Positions 55,501 through 63,214 of a DNA stretch of 64,000 nucleotides are shown here, in pieces. The notes under the pieces are model-generated. The model was not told where the DNA came from. It saw only the letters and a program-made list of their open reading frames with translations, and searched no databases. Location: positions 5,972 through 69,971 of the forward strand of contig CASDOS010000034.1 in assembly GCA_949282205.1 (NCBI GenBank), read 5' to 3'. Each line of letters opens with the position of its first letter. The first letter of the stretch is position 1. The DNA is from an uncultured Alphaproteobacteria bacterium. GTDB lineage: Bacteria > Pseudomonadota > Alphaproteobacteria > RF32 > CAG-239. The translations under genes were made by a program, and so were the position numbers.

Positions 55501-58500
55501 AAATAGGCTATGTGAAAGAGAATAACTTTGTGTTCGATAAAGGGAATAAATTAATAGGTTATGTAACAGAAGACAAAGAGGTAAAAGCCGTTGGAGAGGT
55601 AATATGTACAGCATGTAAGAGTGTAAAGTTGGCATATGACAAGGAAGGTAATATTATTGGTTATGTTGACGAGAATGGCAACGTGATAGATGAAAACGGC
55701 AACATTATTGGTAGAGTAGATGAACAAGGTAATGTTATAGATAAAGATGGTAAAATAATAGGGAAAGTTGGCGAAGCCAGAAACTTAGCCTATGACAAAG
55801 ATGGAAAAGTCATTGGCTATGTAGACAAAGATGGATCAGTCAAAGATTTTAAAGGCAATGTAATCGGATATGTTGATGAAAATGGTAACATTCTGAAAAA
55901 CACCAATGAAATCATCGGTAGTGTTGGAAAAAAAGGTAAATTAGCGTATGATAAGAACGGTAAAGTTATCGGTTATGTTGACAAAGATGGTAATGTCTAT
56001 GACTTCAAAGGAAATTTGATAGGTAAAGCAACAAAAGATGGCAAAATAATAGATCAATACGGACGAGAGATAGGAAGAGTCGGCGAAATAAAAAATCTCG
56101 CTGTGGATAAAGATGGTAAAGTTATCGGATATGTTGGCGAAGATGGAAAAGTCTACGGAGAAAATGGAGAACTCATAGGGTTTATGGATGAAGACGGCAA
56201 CATCATAGGCGTAACAGGCGAAGTTATCGGAAAAGCAGATACAAATCGTCGACTAGCGTATGACAATGACGGCAATGTAATAGGCTACATAGACGAAGAT
56301 GGTACGGTACGAGATTTCAATGGCAATTTGATAGGCTATTTAGGAGAAGATGGAAGCATTAATGACATAAACGGGAATATTATAGGTAAAGCCGGTGATT
56401 ATGCGAAAGTCGTACTAGATAAAGATGGCAATGTAATAGGTTATGTAGATGAAAAAGGCAGAGTAATAGGAAACGATGGGAAAGTCATAGGATTCGTTGC
56501 AGAAGATGGGACTGTTTATGAAAGTAGCGGAGAAGTTATAGGTAGATTAGCGGAAAAGGGCGAAGGTAATTTAAAAGTGATATCCCGAAAAGCCGTATTA
56601 GATAAAGATGGAAATATAATCGGATACATTGACGAAAACGGGATTGCAAGAGATTTAGATGGGAATATATTGGGAACCGTACAAGAAGACGGAAGTATAA
56701 AAGACAGCAAAGGAAACATTATCGGTCATGTAGGCGGAAATGTAGAATTTACGGTGGATGAAAGTGGGAAGATAATAGGTCAAGTAGGAGATTACTCAAA
56801 TCTAGCAATAGATGAAAATGGTAATGTAATAGGATATATAGGGAGTGATGGAAAAGTATACAATGCCAACGGTATAGTCATCGGATATATTGATGAAAAT
56901 GGCAATGTTATAAGCACCCATGGCGTAAGAATAGGAACAGTTATAAAAAAAGACATGGTAGCCATTTCCCCGGCAGGATATAGCTTAGGTATAATTAACA
57001 ACAAGGGAGAGGTAATCAATAACAAAGCCGAAGTTATAGGGAAAGTATTGCCTAATTCGCTGATAAAATCCACAGAAGGAGATAAGATAATAGGAAAAAC
57101 AGTCATGGGAGGCATGGCCATAGGCTGGGGGTGTCAACATCTGGGGATGGTAGAGAAAGATGCAAAAGTAAGAAAAGATGGAAAAGAAACCGATTATCGA
57201 ATGCTTTTTGACAGAAGTATTGTAGATAAAGACGGGCAATATGCCGGCGACATAGCCAAAACAGGAACAGTTAGAGATGAGAAATGCAATGTTATAGGTA
57301 AAGCTGGATACGATGGATTTGTGCGTAATGAAGAAGGCGGATACGTTGGTTGTGTAAATCCGGACGGAGGTGTTTTGAATCAAGACGGACAATTGATAGG
57401 AAAAGTTTTTGAACCCGGATATGCATTATATTACAGCGGAGAGATGATGGGAAGCATGAATCAAGACGGAAAGATTATGGTAGGTTCACAAGCAATTGGG
57501 TGCACAAACTTTGATGGCGAAGTATTAAATAAAGATGGTTTTATCATCGGTCAAATTATGGATAAAACACAAGCATTCGGAGTAGAAGGAGATTTCATAA
57601 ATAATCTATCTGTCTTTAAGTATGATAATACGCAAGTAATACCAAACACAAAAATATTATTTAATAAATATCTGGTAAATCCGAAATTAGAAATAAAAGG
57701 TGTTTTGCTACCTGAGAAGAATATTGTAGTGGATTCAAATGGAGAAATGATAGGACACCTATTTGCAGATGGATATGTGTATAATCAAAAAGGAATAGCA
57801 ATAGATAAAATTGCGTATGAAGGAAATTCTTTTTACTCCAATAAACCTGGGAAAATAATGCAAAAAGGAAACGTGGTTGATTTTAATGGCAACTACATAG
57901 GATTTGTGAATGATTCCGGAAAAGTAATAGATGCACTGGGAACAGAATTAGGGTACATAGATGGAAAAGGACGAATGTTTGATAAGCAAGGAGAATATAA
58001 AGGAGGAATAGTCAAGACCGGTGTAGGAATAGGATATGATGGTTCGTACTTAGGCTATGTAAGTAAGAGTGGGAAAGTAATAGATATAGATGGCAATATA
58101 AGCGGAAACGTTGGTTCTGAAGGTCACATATTAGATAAAAATAAACAAATAATAGGGGAAGTTATTCAAGAGGATTTTATAATTGATATACAGGGAAAAG
58201 TCAGAGGATATTTGAATGCCTTGGGTGATATTATAGATAATGAGGATAACATAGTGACAACCATACTACCCGGAGGAACATCAAATAAAAATTATAACGT
58301 ATTAAAAAGAGGCGTAATACTAAATTATTCAGGAAGAGTAATAGGTCAAGTTGTAGCGGATGGAAGTGTAATATCCAACGATAATGTAAAAATTGGTCAT
58401 ATATTAAATTCTGGTCAAGCCGTTAATGACAAAGGAATACTAATAGGAGAAGTTGTCGAAGATGACATAGTGATTAATGAAAATGACCAAGTTGTAGGTT

Positions 58501-58796
58501 TTATAAATGCGGAAGGCAAGGTATTAGATAAGGAGAAATCCACAATAGGAAAAATCATATCATCAAATTTAGTTGTAGATAACAATGGAAAAATATTGGG
58601 ACATAGTTATAAAATAGGTGCTAATATACTAGGCAATGACGGAAAATTTTTGGGCAGATTATCACCAAACGGAACGATATATAGTCTGACAAATGGAAAA
58701 ATCGGATATTTAAAGAGTAATGGATCATATGTAAATATTCGAAACAAGGTTTCCGGATATGTATTAGATGAAGTGGCGCAAAACCGGAGGAACTAA
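52515..58796 (+). CDS. giant membrane-anchored repeat protein (about 2090 aa) of unknown function within the T4SS operon
   Basis: ATG 52515 overlaps the virB9 stop (ATGA). It has a short basic N-terminus, one TM (IIFTIGIIAFCFFLFGLLILS) and a ~150-aa beta-rich domain with two Cys residues. From about 53180 onward it is an uninterrupted run of DxDGxxIG-type repeats to the C-terminus. Confidence 0.85.
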   Translation: MNENTRFEEYERKTRKIIFTIGIIAFCFFLFGLLILSSDTEVYNPEEATPDFVENQNILPEITADTGPIFIDTEATTGDTKNKPIKVTPAQINMNKFILGVDVQNQSVLTIGTDGSESIHIERVELVEETEDGFEFRDKCRNRDLRGDETCNILISWAPHLPGNVQNNFKIIWYETRLDKSSAKSEEVSIKGSAVYPEDNQQNCAAGGGCTISEDGGIGAHRLAIGPNGEIIGYIDEAGNVHDKDGNIIGRVNEDGLIIDSDGNIIGVAQNMKLAYDKDGNIIGYVKTDGTVVDLQGEVIGKALPDGTIVNSKGEIIGKAVEAGFVYDKNGKIIGRVLPDGTVVDINDPKKIIGRLNENGEVVDENGNIIGKVTSAGNIVVDENGNVLGVVMPDNSVVDQDGNIVGYVDENGNVYKLAKEKIGTNGDSRKIVYDKNGKAIGYIDENGKVVKFAQDKDKPEIIGKVGVSRRLAYDKDGNVIGYVDKDGTVKDFKGNIIGKIDKDGNIVDKNGNIIGKAGAYAKLALDKDGKVIGYVDEQGRVFDHNGKHIGNVDKNGNIIGIKKAETNGDKKRIALGLDGKPIGYIDDDGNVIDFEGNIIGKVNEKGEIIGKNGKKIGTAGGYGTVAYDKNGKIIGFVDDKGRVIGKDGKLLGYVDEKGQIIGTTGKIIGRAGTTREVAYDKNGKFIGYVDTDGTVKGCGGVVIGKKDASGNVIDKEGKVIGKVKGVKELAFNSQGVFIGYIDEKKRVIDCDGKIIGVVDKKGNIIASSGEKLGTAGNYKRLAYDKNGKVIGYVTPDGTVKDFKGNLIGRMTEDGTILDKKGRVIGKAGEYRQVATDKDGNIIGYVDENGRVVDENGKLIGFIDKDGNVIKAGTTVIGKTCIRKKVVKNKTGNIIGYLDKNNIVKNFSNKVIGTNKNGDIVDNKELLIGTVGEIMNIAQKGNGEIVGYLDARNYVRGDENKVIGIVDIKGNVLGAKENIVGILDADKKTVKDKGNNEIGYVKENNFVFDKGNKLIGYVTEDKEVKAVGEVICTACKSVKLAYDKEGNIIGYVDENGNVIDENGNIIGRVDEQGNVIDKDGKIIGKVGEARNLAYDKDGKVIGYVDKDGSVKDFKGNVIGYVDENGNILKNTNEIIGSVGKKGKLAYDKNGKVIGYVDKDGNVYDFKGNLIGKATKDGKIIDQYGREIGRVGEIKNLAVDKDGKVIGYVGEDGKVYGENGELIGFMDEDGNIIGVTGEVIGKADTNRRLAYDNDGNVIGYIDEDGTVRDFNGNLIGYLGEDGSINDINGNIIGKAGDYAKVVLDKDGNVIGYVDEKGRVIGNDGKVIGFVAEDGTVYESSGEVIGRLAEKGEGNLKVISRKAVLDKDGNIIGYIDENGIARDLDGNILGTVQEDGSIKDSKGNIIGHVGGNVEFTVDESGKIIGQVGDYSNLAIDENGNVIGYIGSDGKVYNANGIVIGYIDENGNVISTHGVRIGTVIKKDMVAISPAGYSLGIINNKGEVINNKAEVIGKVLPNSLIKSTEGDKIIGKTVMGGMAIGWGCQHLGMVEKDAKVRKDGKETDYRMLFDRSIVDKDGQYAGDIAKTGTVRDEKCNVIGKAGYDGFVRNEEGGYVGCVNPDGGVLNQDGQLIGKVFEPGYALYYSGEMMGSMNQDGKIMVGSQAIGCTNFDGEVLNKDGFIIGQIMDKTQAFGVEGDFINNLSVFKYDNTQVIPNTKILFNKYLVNPKLEIKGVLLPEKNIVVDSNGEMIGHLFADGYVYNQKGIAIDKIAYEGNSFYSNKPGKIMQKGNVVDFNGNYIGFVNDSGKVIDALGTELGYIDGKGRMFDKQGEYKGGIVKTGVGIGYDGSYLGYVSKSGKVIDIDGNISGNVGSEGHILDKNKQIIGEVIQEDFIIDIQGKVRGYLNALGDIIDNEDNIVTTILPGGTSNKNYNVLKRGVILNYSGRVIGQVVADGSVISNDNVKIGHILNSGQAVNDKGILIGEVVEDDIVINENDQVVGFINAEGKVLDKEKSTIGKIISSNLVVDNNGKILGHSYKIGANILGNDGKFLGRLSPNGTIYSLTNGKIGYLKSNGSYVNIRNKVSGYVLDEVAQNRRN
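53180..58790 (+). repeat. in-frame coding tandem repeat array (unit about 10-17 aa, super-repeat about 50 aa)
   Basis: The block LAYDKDGNVIGYVDKDGTVKDFKGNIIGKIDKDGNIVDKNGNIIGKAG recurs. More than a dozen anchors of the form [LV][AV][YLVT]D[KNE][DN]G[NK][VI]IGY[VI][DG] are visible by eye, and the repeats become more degenerate after about 57000. Confidence 0.9.
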
Positions 58797-61700
58797 GTTG
58801 CATAGAAACATAATAAGATTAAGCAAAATATTAAAGCTGACGTTTTTATGTGTAGTTATTGGCTTGAAAGCAATGGCAGCAGATATCAGTGCGCTTAATT
58901 TTAATGGCGACTTGATTGGAAAAGTAATTCCCGACGGAGCGATAATAAACAGCAATAATGAAGTAGTAGGATATATAACGGCAGATGGCTTTGCATATGA
59001 CAATGAGAATAATTTAATAGGAGGAGTTGTACCGCAAGGAATAGCCATATCATATAATAACAGCATATTAGGAAAAATTAATAATGATGGTTCGGTAACA
59101 TCTATAAATGATAATTTAATCGGTAAAGTACTCCCCAATGGGTTAGTTGTAAATGACAATTACGATATTTTAGGAGCCTCAATATCACCGAATTTAGTAT
59201 ATAATGATTTAGGGGAAGTAGTAGGAAGAGTATCCGGAGATGGTAAATTTTACAATTTGTCAGGAGAAAATACTGGGTTTGTTACGGCAAGTGGATATGT
59301 TTATTCAAATTCAGGAAATGAGAATAAAATCAATTTAATAGGCAAATTAATCACATCAAAAATAGTAATATCCACAACGGGAAAATATCTTGGAAGTATT
59401 GCGCCCGACGGAAAGGTTATGGATTTAAAAAAGAATATTATAGGAAATATTCATGCCAATGGTTTCGTTTATAATAAGGAAGGACAAGCGATTGGTCATG
59501 TAGTTGATAATGGGTATGCCTTTAATAATAACGGTCAATATATAGGAGTAGTCAGCTATAATGGGGAGGTTGTAAACAAAGGTACGGTAGTAGCACATTC
59601 GGTTAATGGAAATAGAGTAATAAATAAAGAAGGGAAGACAATAGGTTTTACCGTAAGTATGTTAGCAACAGCTAATACGTTAGAAGGCGAATATCTGGGG
59701 CGGATTACAGCAGAAGGGAAGATATTAAATAAAAGAAACATAGTAGGAACAATAGGCGCATCAGGAAAAGTCATAGATGAAAAAGGTGAAGTCATTGGAA
59801 TTATAAATTCAGAAGGTCCTATTTTTGATTATTTAGGAAATTTGCGCGCCAATGCATCCATAGGTGGAAAAGTAGTATCATTAGAAGGGGTGGATTTAGG
59901 GAAGATTTTTCAAGGAGAAGCGATTGACAATAATGGTAAAGTAATAGGTCGGACGCTAGAAAATAACTTATGTTTTAACAACAATAACGAATTTTTAGGA
60001 ATAAGCGGAATAAATACGACATTAAGAGCAAACGGTCAAACGTATAAAATTTCACCATACGGCTATATTTTTGACGAGAATGGAGAAATAAACGGTATAA
60101 ATATTAAGCAAGGCGGCATATATACAGAAGACGGAACAACATTATCTTTTACATCAAATGATGGCAAAACAGAAAATGTATCATTAAACGAGATAGCAAA
60201 ATTTACAGGGAATGGAATTTTTCTGGATAAAAATAATAAACTACTGGGAAAAATGATAGCAAGCAAGTTTATTACGAATTTTGCGGGAGAAATGGAAGGA
60301 GTAGTGAACTCAGGAAATTTGGTTGTAAATTCCCAAAATAAAATATTTGCAAAGATTTTGCCTGATGACAATGTTGTAGGTATATCGGAGCGTTTTTCAC
60401 AAAATCACGGAAGATCCAATAATGCCCCCATAAGCATAAGTATAAATGGTGATTACTTGGGTTCCAATAGTTTAACAGGGCAAGTAATAAACGGATCAGA
60501 GATAATAGGCAAGGTAAGCTCCAGTGGGTATGTAATAGACAATATGGGAGCATTATATGGAAAATCAATAAAAATGGGCACCATTATCACGCCAGAGTGT
60601 AAAGCAGTAGGTGTTGTATCAAGTAATGGCGAAGCGAGAACCTCAAAAGATGCATATTTAGGTATGATATTGGCAAATAAACAAGTATTGAATGAAACAG
60701 AGGAAGTTATAGGATATATTACTGAGCCACAAGCAATAAACGGAAAAGGCGGAGAAATAATAGGTGTAAGCAATACAACCGGAAGTGTATTAAACTACAA
60801 CAACCAGAATTTAGGATGCGTTGATAAAAACGGAAAAGTTAGGAACTCTCAACAAGAAATAATCGGCCAGATAATTCCATATATGTCAATAATGGGATTT
60901 GATAATAAGATTATAGGTTATACAAATTTTCACGGAAGTGTAATAGATAATTCCGGAATACAAATTGCAACAATAGAACTGGATGGAAGCATTTTATCCA
61001 AAGAAGGAAAAAACATAGGAGTACCGTTTCAATATACGGTAGCATTTGATGCCAATAATATATACTTAGGTCGAGTAAATCCTGATGGAAATGTTGTATC
61101 AGACACAGGAGAGAATCTAGGTACGGTACTACATACCGGAGAAGTAAAGACCAAAAACGGAGATGATGGGTACGCATTATATGATTTGTACATATATGAT
61201 AATGAAGGTCAAACGATTGGATATATTGCTAAAAATGGTCGTATATACAGTATAATGGGAGAATTAAAAGGCTCCATATATCATGGATTTGTCCTTGATA
61301 AAAAACAGAATTTAATAGGTCGAGGTCTAAGAGATTACGAAATAAGGGATAAGAACAATCAAATACTTGGACATTTAAATTTAGATGGTAGTGTTGTAAA
61401 TATTAAAAATATAGAAATCGGCAAGATAGATAGAGAAGGAAAAGTAATTTCTCCATCAGGAGAAATAATCGGTCAGGCCGGAAAACTACAATATTATCAT
61501 CGTCCATCAGAACCCCAAGATGAAGAAATAAATGAAGAAACAACAAATAGTGCATCGGCAGTAGAAGACACTGAAAGCCAAGAAAAAGAAGAAAGTCAAG
61601 AAAATAAACCATTAGAAGATTCGGATGAAAATAGTCCGATTAAACCTGAGGAAAATATTGAAGAAACTTTAACACCAGAAGAACAGGCAGCTCAAGAAAC

Positions 61701-63138
61701 AAAAGAGAATTATCAAGTTATAGGCATAGCTGTAACCCCAGGAGGGCGTTACATAGGGGACGTATATAGCAATAATAAAGTAATTGATGAATCAGGCATG
61801 GAAGTTGGAAGCACCAATGAAAATGGTGATATATTTGACAATGAAGGAAATAAGGTCGGAAACTTCGAAAAGCGGAGAGGAAATAATGAAAGACATGGAA
61901 ATACAAATTGGTATGAACAGATAGCTAAAGGAGCAACAATAAATCCATACAGTAGCGGCAATGAAATAACAAATGTAGGACCTGGTGGTGGCATTGGACC
62001 TGGAGGTCGATATAATCCAAGAAGAGCAGCTATATTATCACAGCTACAAGACGAGAGGCGGAGAACGTTAGTTGCAGCTAAAATAGAGCCAGGATATGAT
62101 GCGGCATCATATACGGGGTGGCAAGACGATTGGGGATTAAAAAGGTCAATATCAACATTAAGAGTCAATATGGATAATATGATAACCGGAGATAAACCAA
62201 TACCGGCCGTATTAGCTCGTTCATTAATATCATTGGGTTCCGCACCTGTAACGGCGATTGTTGAAAGAAATATATATGGCGATACAGGTCGTAATGTAAT
62301 AATTCCTGCAGGAAGTCGTATAATAGGAGGATTACAAACAACAGAAACAGAAGCGAGATTTGATAATACAAGTGGAGGTGTGAAATTAGAAATATCGTGG
62401 GAGAGAATTATACGTCCGGATGGAATAGCCTTTTTATTATCACCAGGAAAGACACAAACGGGGGACGCACAAGGTCGGGGCGGTGGCGCACTAGGATATG
62501 TTGATGAACAACTGGTTAAAAAATATACATTACCGATTGTAGGAACGATGGTCACATCAGCAATAACATATATGATGGCAGCGGACGAAGATAGTACGGG
62601 TGAAGTAGAAAACTCGAAACAGCAAGCTGCATCAGATGCAAGACAAGAGTTTATGGATAAGATGGATCAAATTCTACAAGAAATCATCGACAGTAAATCA
62701 CAAATTGAACCAGTGACATATGTACCGGCCGGAACGAGAGTAATCATTTATCCGATGCAAGATTTATGGTTAAGAAGCACAAAAGATATACAAAGAGGAA
62801 TGACAACAGCAATACCGGGAGGCGGTGAAGGCGGGCTGGTTAATGATACATTCTATGATGGGCAAGGCGGTGGAACATATACATCGACAGTCGAAGGGAA
62901 TAATTCCAAAGGCAGTCAAAAGGTTATTTTGGGAAATCAAGCACAAACAAGTAATTCAAATAACACAAGTAATAACGGAGGAACGCCATTACTTGACGGA
63001 GGAGCAAACAATCAGCAACAGCCACAACAACGAAAAGATGTAGGCGCAATACCACCACCTGCAGCAGATGGCTCAGTAGTAGATGTTCCTGAAAGCGATG
63101 AAGATGAGGATTTTGACAATATGGATTTGTCATTTTAG
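58768..63138 (+). CDS. virB10: VirB10/TrbI-family protein with a ~1000-aa N-terminal repeat extension
   Basis: Basic N-terminus plus TM (LKLTFLCVVIGLKAMA), with a possible alternative TTG start at 58798. Degenerate Gx[VI]xxxxGxx[IL]G repeats run from about 58900 to 61480, followed by an acidic P/E-rich linker (61500-61710). The TrbI/VirB10 core is at about 62130-62800 (IPAVLARSLIS...IPAGSRIIGG...ISWERIIRPDG...GALGYVDEQL). The tail is N/Q/G-rich and acidic. Confidence 0.88.
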   Translation: MKWRKTGGTKLHRNIIRLSKILKLTFLCVVIGLKAMAADISALNFNGDLIGKVIPDGAIINSNNEVVGYITADGFAYDNENNLIGGVVPQGIAISYNNSILGKINNDGSVTSINDNLIGKVLPNGLVVNDNYDILGASISPNLVYNDLGEVVGRVSGDGKFYNLSGENTGFVTASGYVYSNSGNENKINLIGKLITSKIVISTTGKYLGSIAPDGKVMDLKKNIIGNIHANGFVYNKEGQAIGHVVDNGYAFNNNGQYIGVVSYNGEVVNKGTVVAHSVNGNRVINKEGKTIGFTVSMLATANTLEGEYLGRITAEGKILNKRNIVGTIGASGKVIDEKGEVIGIINSEGPIFDYLGNLRANASIGGKVVSLEGVDLGKIFQGEAIDNNGKVIGRTLENNLCFNNNNEFLGISGINTTLRANGQTYKISPYGYIFDENGEINGINIKQGGIYTEDGTTLSFTSNDGKTENVSLNEIAKFTGNGIFLDKNNKLLGKMIASKFITNFAGEMEGVVNSGNLVVNSQNKIFAKILPDDNVVGISERFSQNHGRSNNAPISISINGDYLGSNSLTGQVINGSEIIGKVSSSGYVIDNMGALYGKSIKMGTIITPECKAVGVVSSNGEARTSKDAYLGMILANKQVLNETEEVIGYITEPQAINGKGGEIIGVSNTTGSVLNYNNQNLGCVDKNGKVRNSQQEIIGQIIPYMSIMGFDNKIIGYTNFHGSVIDNSGIQIATIELDGSILSKEGKNIGVPFQYTVAFDANNIYLGRVNPDGNVVSDTGENLGTVLHTGEVKTKNGDDGYALYDLYIYDNEGQTIGYIAKNGRIYSIMGELKGSIYHGFVLDKKQNLIGRGLRDYEIRDKNNQILGHLNLDGSVVNIKNIEIGKIDREGKVISPSGEIIGQAGKLQYYHRPSEPQDEEINEETTNSASAVEDTESQEKEESQENKPLEDSDENSPIKPEENIEETLTPEEQAAQETKENYQVIGIAVTPGGRYIGDVYSNNKVIDESGMEVGSTNENGDIFDNEGNKVGNFEKRRGNNERHGNTNWYEQIAKGATINPYSSGNEITNVGPGGGIGPGGRYNPRRAAILSQLQDERRRTLVAAKIEPGYDAASYTGWQDDWGLKRSISTLRVNMDNMITGDKPIPAVLARSLISLGSAPVTAIVERNIYGDTGRNVIIPAGSRIIGGLQTTETEARFDNTSGGVKLEISWERIIRPDGIAFLLSPGKTQTGDAQGRGGGALGYVDEQLVKKYTLPIVGTMVTSAITYMMAADEDSTGEVENSKQQAASDARQEFMDKMDQILQEIIDSKSQIEPVTYVPAGTRVIIYPMQDLWLRSTKDIQRGMTTAIPGGGEGGLVNDTFYDGQGGGTYTSTVEGNNSKGSQKVILGNQAQTSNSNNTSNNGGTPLLDGGANNQQQPQQRKDVGAIPPPAADGSVVDVPESDEDEDFDNMDLSF
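58900..61480 (+). repeat. in-frame degenerate repeat array inside virB10, same family as 53180-58790
   Basis: Examples are GDLIGKVIPDGAIINSNNEVVGYITADGFAYDNENNLIGGVVPQG and GKVIDEKGEVIGIINSEG. Additional copies lie at about 61720-61860. Confidence 0.8.
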
Positions 63139-63157
63139 GGCAAATACAGATATAGTA

Positions 63158-63186
63158 TTGACGAAATATAGAATATTTGCTAAAAT
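63158..63186 (+). promoter_or_regulatory. candidate sigma70-type promoter (TTGACG-N17-TAAAAT) upstream of virB11
   Basis: TTGACG at 63158-63163, a 17-nt spacer and TAAAAT at 63181-63186. The RBS AGGGAG precedes ATG 63215. Confidence 0.35.
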
Positions 63187-63214
63187 AAACGCTACTGAAA
63201 AAGGGAGTGTATAA

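Noticed and set aside
53180-61860. Strong ~30-50 nt and ~150 nt periodicity that could be mistaken for a CRISPR array or satellite DNA
   Set aside because: The periodicity is entirely in frame within two long ORFs and is conserved at the amino-acid level rather than the nucleotide level. There is no repeat/spacer alternation. It is a protein repeat.
61749-62555. 268-aa minus-strand ORF
   Set aside because: It lies antisense inside the best-conserved part of virB10 (the TrbI core). It has a Pro/Ser-rich composition typical of antisense frames of Gly-rich coding sequence, with no RBS or partner genes.
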